Assembly: GCA_000166095.1 (NCBI GenBank)
Contig: CP002278.1
Location: 390,001 to 422,000, forward strand
Length of the DNA: 32,000 nt
Direction: 5' to 3'
Origin: Methanothermus fervidus DSM 2088
GTDB taxonomy: Archaea; Methanobacteriota; Methanobacteria; DSM-2088; Methanothermaceae
Shown: piece by piece, positions 1 to 10,316 of the stretch
How positions within the stretch are numbered: the first letter of the stretch is position 1
Layout: every line of letters begins with the position of its first letter
Translations under genes and position numbers: made by a program
The notes under the pieces: generated by a model
Told to the model about the DNA's origin: nothing
The model's database searches: none
Seen by the model: only the letters and a program-made list of their open reading frames with translations

Positions 1-334
1 CAGTAGCTATAACAAGATAATCATATTTTAGTTCTTTTATTTTTGTATCATCAAGTCTTTTATATTTAATTAAGTTCTTAGTAGGTGAAATTTCAATTAC
101 TTCTGTTTCAGTTAATATATTAATATCTTTATCCAAATAATATTCGATATCATGCATTATAATTTCATCAAAGCTTTTTATTTTCCCTGAGAGGACATAA
201 GGTATTGCACAAGGAGAATAAGCAACATATTTATCTTTTGTGATAACTATTATTTCGATTTCTTTGTTGTATTTTCTTATATTAGAAGCTGTGGATAACC
301 CACCTGCACCACTGCCAATTATGACCACTCTCAT
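1..334 (-). CDS. FAD-dependent pyridine nucleotide-disulfide oxidoreductase (NADH oxidase / CoA-disulfide reductase-like), C-terminus off the window edge
   Basis: Not in the supplied ORF track. Reverse-strand translation from ATG at 334 reads MRVVIIGSGAGGLSTASNIRKYNKEIEIIVITKDKYVAYSPCAIPYVLSGKI..., with the GxGxxG dinucleotide-binding motif and the SPCAIPY active-site cysteine region typical of this family. Open to the window edge. Confidence 0.88.
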   Translation of the reverse strand, partial: MRVVIIGSGAGGLSTASNIRKYNKEIEIIVITKDKYVAYSPCAIPYVLSGKIKSFDEIIMHDIEYYLDKDINILTETEVIEISPTKNLIKYKRLDDTKIKELKYDYLVIAT

Positions 335-348
335 AACGTCACCTTACC

Positions 349-1497
349 CTAAAAAATGATACCTTTTCCAATACTGAATGTAATATTTATAAGGACTATT
401 AAAACCAATATTATGCCAATGCAATTTGTTATAGATTTTGCAACATCTTTTGAAATATTTAAATGTTTTAACAATTCTTCAAACATCAATCCACCATCTA
501 AAGGCTTTATAGGTAGTAAGTTAAAAGATCCTATCCCTAAATTTAAAATTTGTATCCAAGAAAGTAATATACTAAACTCTAATAAAAATGAAAATAATGG
601 TGCATAACTTTCAAGTCCTTTTTTAGGTACATAATTTTCCATACTTCTTATACCCATATATCCTCTTTTTGGATCTTCCGGTTTATGAGCCGTGACTAAA
701 GTATATGTTCCTTTATCAGTCTGAATTTTTATTTTTTCACCTGGTTTTAATTTACTTACTACTGCAAAATAGCTTGAAAAATTATTTGTGGGGTGATCAT
801 TGATAGCATGTATAACCATCCCACTTTTTAAAACCTTCGATGCAGGGGATCCAGGTACAACATCTGTAATTTTCATTCCATCTGGATGAAGTGCTGCAGG
901 AATTATAAAATTTCCAATTAAGAAGGCAATTGCTAAACATATTAATGCTAAAGTGATGTTTGCAACCGACCCTGCAGCATATATCCTAAGTTTAGATATT
1001 CTTTTAGCTTTTTTCATGTCATTTTCATCAGGCTCTACAAATGCTCCAGGAAGTATGGCTAAAAGCATTACTCCAATAGATTTTATTCTAACTCCTTCTA
1101 CTCTGGCTAATATTCCATGTGCTAACTCATGCACTACTAAAACAGTTACTAATGCTATTATTCCATACCCTAAAGGCACATATATCTGTGATCCGGGCAT
1201 GTCAACGCCAGGCACGACAACTGAAACTGCAGGTTTTTTAAATACTGTTTTTAATGAATAAAAAAGAAATACTGTTGTCACAACCATGGTAATAAATGCA
1301 ACCACAATTCCAACATTCATATACCATTTCCAGAATTTTTTATGTCTTTTAGCGATTCTATCTATAAATTCTCTCATTCTTTTTGTTTTTCTCATCATTA
1401 ATAATCCATGAATTTCAATTTTCAATTTGTCCCTAAAGATTATTCCAAATGTCCAAACAATGAGAAAAAATATCAGATAAAAATGCAAAGCATCCAT
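349..1497 (-). CDS. Site-2-protease-type membrane metalloprotease (M50 family) with PDZ domain
   Basis: VVHELAHGI zinc motif (HExxH) in a transmembrane helix, PDZ-like segment VTDVVPGSPASKVLKSGMVIHAINDHP, and NLLPIKPLDGG second M50 motif. Confidence 0.92.
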   Translation of the reverse strand: MDALHFYLIFFLIVWTFGIIFRDKLKIEIHGLLMMRKTKRMREFIDRIAKRHKKFWKWYMNVGIVVAFITMVVTTVFLFYSLKTVFKKPAVSVVVPGVDMPGSQIYVPLGYGIIALVTVLVVHELAHGILARVEGVRIKSIGVMLLAILPGAFVEPDENDMKKAKRISKLRIYAAGSVANITLALICLAIAFLIGNFIIPAALHPDGMKITDVVPGSPASKVLKSGMVIHAINDHPTNNFSSYFAVVSKLKPGEKIKIQTDKGTYTLVTAHKPEDPKRGYMGIRSMENYVPKKGLESYAPLFSFLLEFSILLSWIQILNLGIGSFNLLPIKPLDGGLMFEELLKHLNISKDVAKSITNCIGIILVLIVLINITFSIGKGIIF

Positions 1498-1499
1498 TA

Positions 1500-2723
1500 T
1501 TACACCCCTAATGTAAATGAATTAAATAATATTACATCACATTCTTCACCTTTATATATACCTTCAACATTTTCATCCACTACTATATAACAGTTTGCTT
1601 TCACCATAGATCTTATTATACCAGAGCCTTTACTTAAAATTGGTGTAACATATTTGTCATCTGCAATGCCTCTAACAAAAGTTGTTCTTCCCAGGCTTGA
1701 TATTATCTTCTTCTTTGTTATTCTTTTAACTATTTGATGTTCAAAATCTATGCCTTGCATCCTAAGGAGGTAAGGTCTTACAAAAATATCAAATTGTACC
1801 ATTGCAGCCACTGGATATCCTGAAAGCATGAAAATAGGTGTACCATCAATTTTTCCAAATGCCATGGCTTTTCCTGGTTGTATTGCAGTGCCATGGAAAA
1901 ATACTTTACCAATCTCATCTACAGTGTCTACAACAATGTCACTTTCACTCACTGCGGTTCCACCAGTAGTTATTATTAAGTCATATTTTTCTTTAGCTTC
2001 TAAAAGCATTTCTTTAAGCTGGGTAGGGTTGTCATTACAGTGTTTAACATTTGGAATTGCATTAGTACTTTTTACCATTCCTAACATAATATACTTGTTG
2101 GAATTAATTATTTCTCCAAGTTTTAAACTCTCTTTGGGTTCTACTAATTCATCCCCAGTTACTATTATATTTACTTTGGGTCTTTTATATACCTCAATTT
2201 TAGAATAACCAGCAGATGCTAATGCTCCAAGTTCTTGAGATCTCAATATTTGCCCTTTTTTTATAACTTTATCACCACGTTTTATATCTTCTCCTTTCAA
2301 AGACACATTTTCTAAGGGTGTTACTCTTTTTGTGATGAGAATTTTATCATCATTTTTTTCTAAAACATATTCTTCCATTATCACTGCATTTGCACCAGGA
2401 GGTAGTGGTGCACCAGTATTAACTTTAATTGCTTCTCCAGAATTTATTTTTTTATTTGATGCACTTCCTGCAGATATTCTATCTATAACTTTCAATTCTA
2501 CAGGATTATCTTCAGAAGCTTGAAAAGTATCTTCAGCTTTAACTGCATAACCATCCATTGCAGCTCTATCAAAAGGTGGTGAATCTAGTTTTGAGACAAT
2601 GTCTTTAGCACAAATTCTCTTATATGCATTTTCTAATCTTACAACCTCCAAATCTAATATTTTTTGTTCTTTTTCTAGTATTTTATATACTTCATTAATT
2701 GAAAAAAGTTTTGTAAAAAACAA
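1500..2723 (-). CDS. moeA: Molybdopterin molybdenumtransferase MoeA
   Basis: SPPFDRAAMDGYAVKAEDT, NTGAPLPPGANAVIMEEY, and TTGGTAVSESD / LSGYPVAAMVQFD are MoeA hallmarks. TTG start at 2723 preceded by GGAGGTGAT. Confidence 0.93.
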   Translation of the reverse strand: MFFTKLFSINEVYKILEKEQKILDLEVVRLENAYKRICAKDIVSKLDSPPFDRAAMDGYAVKAEDTFQASEDNPVELKVIDRISAGSASNKKINSGEAIKVNTGAPLPPGANAVIMEEYVLEKNDDKILITKRVTPLENVSLKGEDIKRGDKVIKKGQILRSQELGALASAGYSKIEVYKRPKVNIIVTGDELVEPKESLKLGEIINSNKYIMLGMVKSTNAIPNVKHCNDNPTQLKEMLLEAKEKYDLIITTGGTAVSESDIVVDTVDEIGKVFFHGTAIQPGKAMAFGKIDGTPIFMLSGYPVAAMVQFDIFVRPYLLRMQGIDFEHQIVKRITKKKIISSLGRTTFVRGIADDKYVTPILSKGSGIIRSMVKANCYIVVDENVEGIYKGEECDVILFNSFTLGV

Positions 2724-2777
2724 TTAATCACCTCCATTAGTAAAAACTTTTTAACAAATTTAAAAATATTATTTTTG

Positions 2778-3692
2778 ATGAAAGCTGTGGAACTTAAAGG
2801 CGTGAGTAAAAAATTTGGGGAAATTAATGCGCTTAATAATTTTACTTTAGAGATTGAAGAAGGAGAAATTATGGGAATAATAGGCCCCAATGGTGCTGGA
2901 AAAACAACGACTATAAGAATAATATCCGGTATATTACGTCCTGATGATGGAGAAGTACGTGTATATGGATATGATGTTACTAAAAATCCTTTAGAAGTTA
3001 AAAAACTGATTGGTTACTTACCTGAAGAACCAAATCTATATGAAAGATTTACAGTTTATGAGTTGCTTAAGTATTTTGGCGAACTTTATGATGTAGATAA
3101 GAAAAAATTAGAAATGCGGATAAAAAAACTTTTAAAATTAGTAAATATGGAAGATAGAGCAAATCATCGTATAAATACCTTATCTAAAGGAATGAGACAA
3201 AGAGTCGCGGTTGCAAGAGCATTAATACATGATCCAAAAATAGTAATATTTGATGAACCAACGATGGGTTTAGACCCTGGTACTGCACTTACAATAAGAA
3301 AATTCATTGCAAAACTTAGAGGTAAAAAAACTGTAATTTTATGTACACATTATATGGAAGAGGCAGAAATGTTATGTGATAGGGTTGCTATATTAAATAA
3401 AGGTAAAATTTTGGATATAGGAACTCCTGAAGAATTGAAATCTAAAATTCACAGTCCAATTGTCCTCCAAGTAAAATTGAATGACTTAAATGTATTAAGA
3501 AATTTAGAGATTCAAGGTATCAAAAAAATTGAAGTTAAAAAACACCACAATGTTGAGATTTTTCTAGAAAAAAGATCTGTAATCCCAAAAATAGTTGAAA
3601 AATTAGGAAAAAATATCCTATCTATCAATACAAAAGAAACATCATTACAAGACGTTTTTATAAAGATGGTTGGTGAGGATGAGTTTCATTAA
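2778..3692 (+). CDS. ABC transporter ATP-binding protein (ABC-2 / NatA type)
   Basis: Walker A GPNGAGKTT, signature LSKGMRQRVAVARAL, Walker B VIFDEPTMGLDP. ATG at 2778; a TTG lies immediately upstream at 2775. Confidence 0.95.
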   Translation: MKAVELKGVSKKFGEINALNNFTLEIEEGEIMGIIGPNGAGKTTTIRIISGILRPDDGEVRVYGYDVTKNPLEVKKLIGYLPEEPNLYERFTVYELLKYFGELYDVDKKKLEMRIKKLLKLVNMEDRANHRINTLSKGMRQRVAVARALIHDPKIVIFDEPTMGLDPGTALTIRKFIAKLRGKKTVILCTHYMEEAEMLCDRVAILNKGKILDIGTPEELKSKIHSPIVLQVKLNDLNVLRNLEIQGIKKIEVKKHHNVEIFLEKRSVIPKIVEKLGKNILSINTKETSLQDVFIKMVGEDEFH

Positions 3693-4800
3693 ACTTGCTA
3701 AATGGGAAATAAAAAATGTATTTAAAAGTAAAAAGTTTATGATTTTGTTTTTATTGCAGATTTTATCTCTTAGCATGATAATTTTTGTTTTCAGCATAGT
3801 ATCACATAGTTTTGAAACTCGGGAAGTTACATTAAATCCTTCATTTACTTTTGTTACATTAGGTATAAATGATCCCACAGGGCTAATAATTAAAAATATT
3901 GATCAAAGTTGCTTAAAACTTGAAAAAAATAACTTATCAATAAATAACGTTAAAAACAATGATTTAACTGGAGTTTTAATTGTCAATTCTTCGTCTCCAA
4001 TATCTTTGGATTTGTTTTTGAATGGAAAAGATCCAAAATCCATAGTTATTAAAGATGAAGTTTCAAAAGCATCGAACAGGACAGAAAGTATTATTTTAAA
4101 TAAAATTGTAAATAAATTAGGAATTTCAAAAAAAATTCCAAATGCTCAAACCATATCAAGAGGAGAAGCTTTACCAGTAAAACTGATTAATAAATTTATG
4201 ATCGCAATATTATTGTTCCTTCCAATTTTTCTTTTTGGAAATATCATAGTAGATAATATGGTGGGAGAAAAAGAAAGAAAAACAATAGAATTTCTTCTGG
4301 TTTTACCTACAACTAAAACATCAATAATTTTTTCAAAATCTCTTTCTGCTCTAATTGTAATTGGAATCCAGGTGTTTATATGGATAAATATATTATCACT
4401 CTTGGGCTTTAAAATTCCACAACCGCTGTTAGTTTATACCATAATTATTTTTACGGCGATTCCTATAGTTGGAGTAACAATGTTGATATCTGTTTTTGCT
4501 AAAAACTATGGAGAAGCTGGCATGGCAGTCACAATCACTTATATAATAATACTTGGAATATTAGTTATTCCCACAATTTTATACATAACAAACCCTAGGA
4601 TAGTTATTTCACCAATGACGCTTGTGGTGAAATTACTTTCTTCTCAGCCCCTTACCTTAAGTGATTTAATCGTGCCTTTTTCTTTAATATTTTCCGTTGC
4701 TTTTATAAGTTATACATTGTCAATATACTTATTTGGAAAGGATGAAATAATATTTGGACCCAGACCTAGTGTATTTAAAATTATATGGGGGAGAAAATGA
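3679..4800 (+). CDS. ABC-2 type permease (NatB-like), first copy
   Basis: N-terminal TM, large extracytoplasmic domain, conserved DNMVGEKERKTIEFLLVLPTTK motif, C-terminal TM cluster; overlaps the ATPase gene. Exact start uncertain (3670-3679). Confidence 0.88.
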   Translation: MSFIKLAKWEIKNVFKSKKFMILFLLQILSLSMIIFVFSIVSHSFETREVTLNPSFTFVTLGINDPTGLIIKNIDQSCLKLEKNNLSINNVKNNDLTGVLIVNSSSPISLDLFLNGKDPKSIVIKDEVSKASNRTESIILNKIVNKLGISKKIPNAQTISRGEALPVKLINKFMIAILLFLPIFLFGNIIVDNMVGEKERKTIEFLLVLPTTKTSIIFSKSLSALIVIGIQVFIWINILSLLGFKIPQPLLVYTIIIFTAIPIVGVTMLISVFAKNYGEAGMAVTITYIIILGILVIPTILYITNPRIVISPMTLVVKLLSSQPLTLSDLIVPFSLIFSVAFISYTLSIYLFGKDEIIFGPRPSVFKIIWGRK

Positions 4801-5903
4801 GCGTTATTCCTCTAATCAAAAAAGAAACAAAAGATATTATTTTTAATCGCCTTTATATTTTCATGGTGCTATTACAAATATTCATAATAGTAGGTGCCTT
4901 TCTACTTTCTCTTGCGTTTGCTGCAACTACTGATCCTCAAGTAATTGACAAAATAGGATTAAAAGATTTATTAAGCGTAGGATTAGCAGATTCATTACGT
5001 GGGTCTTCCTTAGATAATTATATTAAGTCACAAAATTTAAACACAATTTATTATAAGACATTAGAGGAAGGTAGAAAAGCATTAGGTTCTAAGATAATTG
5101 CATTTGTTTATGAAAAAAATGGTAACATTAATGTTGAATTAGATTACGGGAATGTATTTTCTCCTGTTGTGTCACAAAAAATCAATAAAGCAATAGAAAA
5201 ATATAGAGTAGATGCAATGCTAAATAAATATAACATAAAATTAAAATCTGTAAGGCTAAACGAACATTATATTGACAATAATTCTTTACCTTTTTTACTA
5301 CAAAGTCCAACTTTTGTTAAAATGATGTATGTTTTTATTATACCTTTAGTTCTTTTTCTTCCATATTTCATGGCATTAGATATTATAACTGACACGATAG
5401 TAGGTGAAAAAGAAAGAAAAACCTTTGAAATTTTACTGATGGCACCACTACCTGAATATAAAATTATTCTTGGAAAAATAACGCCAATATTATTATTTTC
5501 TACGGTCCAAGCATGTGCGTGGATGATTTTACTCCAAATTTTAAAACTTCCAATCTACAATCAATTTTATGTAATTACATTTTTGTTTATCTGTGGTATG
5601 GGACTTATAGGTGCTGGATTACTGATATCTATGGTTGTTGAAAGTACAAAGGAATCTAACACTGCCATGACATTATTATTATCTTTAATAACTTTTATAT
5701 TTTTTATACCACTGTTTACAAAAGTGCCAGTTCTTTCTCAGTTTTCTGATTACATTCCTACAATAATTTTAATTAAAACTTTTTCAAATCCAACATTAAA
5801 AGAGGAAGTGATTTTTGATTCGATTCCAACTTTAATCTTTTCTCTTTTAATCATTATTATTTCAGTAGAAATTTTTAAACATCAAAAAGTAATAAGGTTG
5901 TGA
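4797..5903 (+). CDS. ABC-2 type permease (NatB-like), second copy
   Basis: Same architecture and motif (DTIVGEKERKTFEILLMAPLPEYK). ATGA stop/start overlap with the previous gene at 4797-4800; an in-frame ATG also lies at 4785. Confidence 0.88.
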   Translation: MSVIPLIKKETKDIIFNRLYIFMVLLQIFIIVGAFLLSLAFAATTDPQVIDKIGLKDLLSVGLADSLRGSSLDNYIKSQNLNTIYYKTLEEGRKALGSKIIAFVYEKNGNINVELDYGNVFSPVVSQKINKAIEKYRVDAMLNKYNIKLKSVRLNEHYIDNNSLPFLLQSPTFVKMMYVFIIPLVLFLPYFMALDIITDTIVGEKERKTFEILLMAPLPEYKIILGKITPILLFSTVQACAWMILLQILKLPIYNQFYVITFLFICGMGLIGAGLLISMVVESTKESNTAMTLLLSLITFIFFIPLFTKVPVLSQFSDYIPTIILIKTFSNPTLKEEVIFDSIPTLIFSLLIIIISVEIFKHQKVIRL

Positions 5904-5913
5904 GGTGATACTT

Positions 5914-6771
5914 TTGATAATAGGTGGTTCTGCATCACAAAAATTGGCTGCAGACATTGCAAACATTCTAAATGAAAAATTAGGTAACTTAGAGATTAAA
6001 AAATTCCCAGATGGTGAGAAGTACATACGATTTAATGATGATATTGAGGATGAGATAACAATTGTCCAATCTACAGGTTATCCTCAAGATGAAAACTTAA
6101 TTGAATTATTTCTAATAGCAAAAAACCTTAAAAGTTTGGGTTGTAAAAAAGTTAGGGCAGTTATTCCATATTTGGCTTATAGTAGACAAGATAAAAGATT
6201 TAAGAAAGGAGAGGCCATTTCCATATCAATTATTGCAAACTTAATAGAATCATCAGGAATAGATGAAGTTATTACAGTAAATCTTCATGAAGAGAAAATA
6301 GTGGAATTCTTTAATATTCCAGTCAAAAATTTGTCTGCAATGCCCTTACTAGCCGAATATTTTAAAGATATTGTGAACAATCCTATTGTGGTTGCCCCTG
6401 ATGAGGGCGCATTGCAACATGCCAAAGAAGTGGCTAAAATACTTGATTGCGAATATGATTATTTGAAAAAAAAGCGTATATCCCCGGATAAAGTCTCAAC
6501 AGAAATTAAAGAAATAAATGTAAAAAATAAGGATGTGATATTAGTTGATGATATCATAAGTACTGGAGGTACTATTATCAATGCTTCAAAGATTTTAAAA
6601 AATGAAAAAGCTAAAAATATATTTGTTGGTTGTGTTCATCCTGTACTTGTTGGTGATGCATTGATGAAGATATATTTGAGTGGTGTAAAAGAAATTGTAG
6701 GTACTGATACGTTGTCATCCCCTATAAGTAAAGTATCAGTTGCTCCTCTTTTAGCTAATACATTAAAATAG
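5914..6771 (+). CDS. prs: Ribose-phosphate pyrophosphokinase (PRPP synthase)
   Basis: FPDGEKYIRF, IPYLAYSRQDKRFKKGE, and PRPP-binding DVILVDDIISTGGT. GAGGTGA at 5902-5908 supports TTG 5914 as start rather than GTG 5905 of the ORF track. Confidence 0.93.
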   Translation: MIIGGSASQKLAADIANILNEKLGNLEIKKFPDGEKYIRFNDDIEDEITIVQSTGYPQDENLIELFLIAKNLKSLGCKKVRAVIPYLAYSRQDKRFKKGEAISISIIANLIESSGIDEVITVNLHEEKIVEFFNIPVKNLSAMPLLAEYFKDIVNNPIVVAPDEGALQHAKEVAKILDCEYDYLKKKRISPDKVSTEIKEINVKNKDVILVDDIISTGGTIINASKILKNEKAKNIFVGCVHPVLVGDALMKIYLSGVKEIVGTDTLSSPISKVSVAPLLANTLK

Positions 6772-8631
6772 TCAATGAGGGATAGCCTTTGTCATGTCTT
6801 TTGGAATAATACTACCAACTTTTTGCATTTTCTCTATTAATGTTTTTTTCTTTTTACCTACAAGCACATGTTCCAAGACTTCCCCAAGTGTCTCAACTGG
6901 TACAATTTCGACTTTATCTTCATAGTGTTTTTCAATCATTACATCTTTATAGTTAGATTTTGGAATTAATACTTTCTTAATACCAGCCTCAGCTGCAGCC
7001 TCTATTTTGCTAGTTACACCTCCAACAGGTAACACTTCCCCTCTAACACTTAATGATCCTGTAAGTGCAACTGACTGATCTACAGGTATATTTTCAAGAG
7101 CAGAAATCACTGCAGCTGCAACTGATACACTAGCACTATCACCTTCAACCCCTTCATAGGTTTGTAAGAATTGTATGTGAATATCATAGTTAGAAATATC
7201 TCTTCCTGTATATTTTTTGATGAGTGCACTAACATTTTGTACGGCTTCTTTTGCAATTTTGCCTAATTTACCAGTGGCAATTATTCTTCCTTCTTCTTTA
7301 CTTTGTGATGGTACAGCTTCCGCAGCTATTGGTAATACTATTCCACTTCTATCACCTATTACAGCTAAACCATTTACACGACCTATTTCATAACCTTTAG
7401 ATTTGAAAACACTGTATCTTTTTCTATTTTCTATGTATCTGTCAGCTATTTGCTGTTCTAATGTTCTGGCATGTTTTTTAGCTTTAATTACGTGTTCTCT
7501 TCTAACTAATTTTGAGTTTTCACTTCTAGCAACGTCTCCAGCTGCTCTTATTAAACCACCTAAATCTCTTAATTTAAGTGTTAGCATGCCTTTTTTACCT
7601 GCCCTTCTCCTTGCTTCTCTTATTATTTCATCAATTGCTCCTCTGTCAAAATGTGGAATTTTTCCATCTTTTTTAACTTCTTGAGCTATAAACTGAACGA
7701 GTTTTTTTCTATTTTCAGGAGTATCTGGCATTGTATTTCGCATATAAACTTCATATCCATATCCACGAATTCTTGAACGTAGGGCTGGATGCATTCCTTT
7801 TAATGCATCTAAATTACCTGCAGCAACTAACACAAAATCACAAGGTACTGCTTCTGATCTTACCATTGCACCACTACTGGTCTCACTTTGGCCAGTTATT
7901 GCATATTTTTTTTCTTGCATCGCTGTCAATAATTCTTGTTGTGTTTTCATTTTTAAAGTACTTATTTCATCAATGAAAAGAACTCCCTTATGTGCTCTAT
8001 GAATCATTCCTGGTTCAACTCTTTCATGGGCTGGAGTACCTAAACCTCCGGATTGATATGGATCATGTCTTACATCACCTAACAATGCTCCAGCATGAGC
8101 ACCCGTAGCATCTACAAATGGTGCTTTTTTTCTATTTTCATTATTAACCAATAATTTTGGCACTTGAACAGATTCTTTAGTTTTTATATGTTGCATGGCT
8201 AAAAATACTAATGCAGCAGCTATTATACTCGCTAAGAACTCTTTTGTTATTATACCCATGAATATGATTGTGATGATTAAAAATAACATGAGCGAGTTTT
8301 TCTTTTCTTCTTGAGCTCTTGCTCTTCTTTTATAATTCATTACAATCTTTTTTCCTTCACCAGCAGGTACCACGCTAACCTTTGGATTGTTTGGATCTTC
8401 GGGATTTGGATACACTAAAATGTCTTCTAATTGTTCACGTGGCAATAGTTCTGCCATGGCCTGCGCAAGCATTGATTTACCAGTTCCGGGCTCACCAATT
8501 AATAATACATTTCTTTTTTGTTTTGCAGCCTTTTTAATTGTCTCAACAGCTTCTTCTTGCCCTATAACCTGATCTATTAGCCTCTTAGGAACTTTAACAT
8601 CTTTTGTTGTTTTATATTCAAATTCTGACAT
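6772..8631 (-). CDS. lonB: Membrane-anchored archaeal Lon protease (LonB)
   Basis: Walker A GEPGTGKS with two TM segments inserted after it (LMLFLIITIIFMGIITKEFLASIIAAALVFLAM), GVLFIDEI Walker B, and proteolytic Ser/Lys region EGDSASVSVAAAVISAL...GGVTSKIEAAAEAGIKKVLIPKSN. ATG at 8631 (MSEFEYKTTK) preferred over track start 8664. Confidence 0.95.
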   Translation of the reverse strand: MSEFEYKTTKDVKVPKRLIDQVIGQEEAVETIKKAAKQKRNVLLIGEPGTGKSMLAQAMAELLPREQLEDILVYPNPEDPNNPKVSVVPAGEGKKIVMNYKRRARAQEEKKNSLMLFLIITIIFMGIITKEFLASIIAAALVFLAMQHIKTKESVQVPKLLVNNENRKKAPFVDATGAHAGALLGDVRHDPYQSGGLGTPAHERVEPGMIHRAHKGVLFIDEISTLKMKTQQELLTAMQEKKYAITGQSETSSGAMVRSEAVPCDFVLVAAGNLDALKGMHPALRSRIRGYGYEVYMRNTMPDTPENRKKLVQFIAQEVKKDGKIPHFDRGAIDEIIREARRRAGKKGMLTLKLRDLGGLIRAAGDVARSENSKLVRREHVIKAKKHARTLEQQIADRYIENRKRYSVFKSKGYEIGRVNGLAVIGDRSGIVLPIAAEAVPSQSKEEGRIIATGKLGKIAKEAVQNVSALIKKYTGRDISNYDIHIQFLQTYEGVEGDSASVSVAAAVISALENIPVDQSVALTGSLSVRGEVLPVGGVTSKIEAAAEAGIKKVLIPKSNYKDVMIEKHYEDKVEIVPVETLGEVLEHVLVGKKKKTLIEKMQKVGSIIPKDMTKAIPH

Positions 8632-8754
8632 TTTTAGATCTATGCCTCCTACAATTTTTATCAAGTTTTATGGTGAGACAAATAAAAACTTAACATTAAC
8701 TATTATGTAACATTCAAGTATTTATATATCATCTTTATGTTGGGGAGATATACA

Positions 8755-10278
8755 ATGGCCAATAACCTTGCAAAGTGTTTAATGGTACAAGGCACATCAT
8801 CAAATGCTGGAAAGAGCGTATTAGTTGCTGCATTATGTAGAATATTTGCAAGAAAAGGATATAGTGTTGCACCTTTTAAATCACAAAATATGTCACTCAA
8901 TTCATATGCAACTGAAGAAAATTCAGAGATAGCAATGGCTCAAGCATTGCAAGCTGAAGCTGCCGGTGTGAAACCATCACATCATATGAATCCTATACTT
9001 TTAAAACCAAAAGGAGGGTTTATTTCACAAGTTATAGTGCATGGAAAACCTGTTGGAGATATGAGTTTTGATGAATACCAAAAAAAATTTCGAAAGAAAG
9101 CATTAGAGGCAATTAAAGAATCTTTGACATATCTAAGAAAACGTCATGACATAATAATAATAGAAGGAGCAGGTTCACCAGCTGAAATAAATATCCAAAA
9201 ATATGATTTGGCAAACATGAAAGTTGCACAATTAGCAGACTCAAATGTTATTCTTGTGGCAGATATAGATAGGGGCGGAGTTTTTGCATCAATTGCAGGA
9301 ACTTTTTTATTGCTGAATAAAGAAGATAGAAAAAGAATTAAAGGAATAATAATCAATAAATTTAGAGGGAATTTAGATATTTTAAAACCCGGAATAAAAA
9401 AAATTGAAAAAATTGTTAAAACACCAGTAATAGGAGTATTACCTTATAGTGAAGATTTGAGGTTACCTGAAGAAGATTCAGCATCCTTGGCTGAAAGAAA
9501 ATATAAAAAGAAAGGTAAAATAAAAATAGGAGTCATTCATTTACCAAAGATATCTAATTTTACTGATGTAGATCCATTAGAATCAGAACCAGACGTTAGT
9601 TTAAAATTTATAGGTTTAGATGATTCTTTAGATAAATTAGATGCAGTGATATTACCTGGTACTAGAAACACTGCTAAAGATTTAATTAAAATTAGAGAAC
9701 ATGGATTGGATGAAGAAATTATAGAATTTTCTAAAGATTCTATAGTATTTGGAATTTGTGGCGGATTTCAAATGTTGGGTACAAAAATAATAGATAAATA
9801 TCATAAGGAATCTAAATTTGAAGAGGTGGAAGGACTTGGACTCCTTGACTGTAAAACAAAATTTTCAATATCATCTAAAATAATATCTCAGAGCAAAGGT
9901 ATAGTCCTTGGCGGTGGAATATTTAAAAATATGGAAAATGTCGTTGTTGAGGGTTATGAACTTCATGAGGGCACAACAATATTAAAAAATGTTAGGCCTT
10001 TTATCAAAATAATTAAAGGTCATGGAAATTTATTACATGGTAAATATGATGGTGCAGTTAATGAAAATGTAGCAGGTACATATTTTCATGGTATATTCCA
10101 CAACCCGGAGTTTAGGACACAATTTGTAAATATATTGAGGAAAAAGAAAGGTTTAAAAACAAACAATCACATGAAAGATTACTACAAACAAAATAAAAAA
10201 TATTCTCTAGATAAATTAGCAGATATTGTCCTTAAGCATGTAGATATTAATAAAATAGAAGAGATGTTAGGGTTGTAA
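8755..10278 (+). CDS. cobQ: Cobyric acid synthase
   Basis: MVQGTSSNAGKSVLVAALCRIFARKGYSVAPFKSQNMSLNSY, ILVADIDRGGVFASIAGT, FGICGGFQMLG and the conserved TYFHGIFHN. ATG at 8755. Confidence 0.95.
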   Translation: MANNLAKCLMVQGTSSNAGKSVLVAALCRIFARKGYSVAPFKSQNMSLNSYATEENSEIAMAQALQAEAAGVKPSHHMNPILLKPKGGFISQVIVHGKPVGDMSFDEYQKKFRKKALEAIKESLTYLRKRHDIIIIEGAGSPAEINIQKYDLANMKVAQLADSNVILVADIDRGGVFASIAGTFLLLNKEDRKRIKGIIINKFRGNLDILKPGIKKIEKIVKTPVIGVLPYSEDLRLPEEDSASLAERKYKKKGKIKIGVIHLPKISNFTDVDPLESEPDVSLKFIGLDDSLDKLDAVILPGTRNTAKDLIKIREHGLDEEIIEFSKDSIVFGICGGFQMLGTKIIDKYHKESKFEEVEGLGLLDCKTKFSISSKIISQSKGIVLGGGIFKNMENVVVEGYELHEGTTILKNVRPFIKIIKGHGNLLHGKYDGAVNENVAGTYFHGIFHNPEFRTQFVNILRKKKGLKTNNHMKDYYKQNKKYSLDKLADIVLKHVDINKIEEMLGL

Positions 10279-10316
10279 TAAAAAATTTCTTTTGATCAGG
10301 AATGGGAGGAACAATC

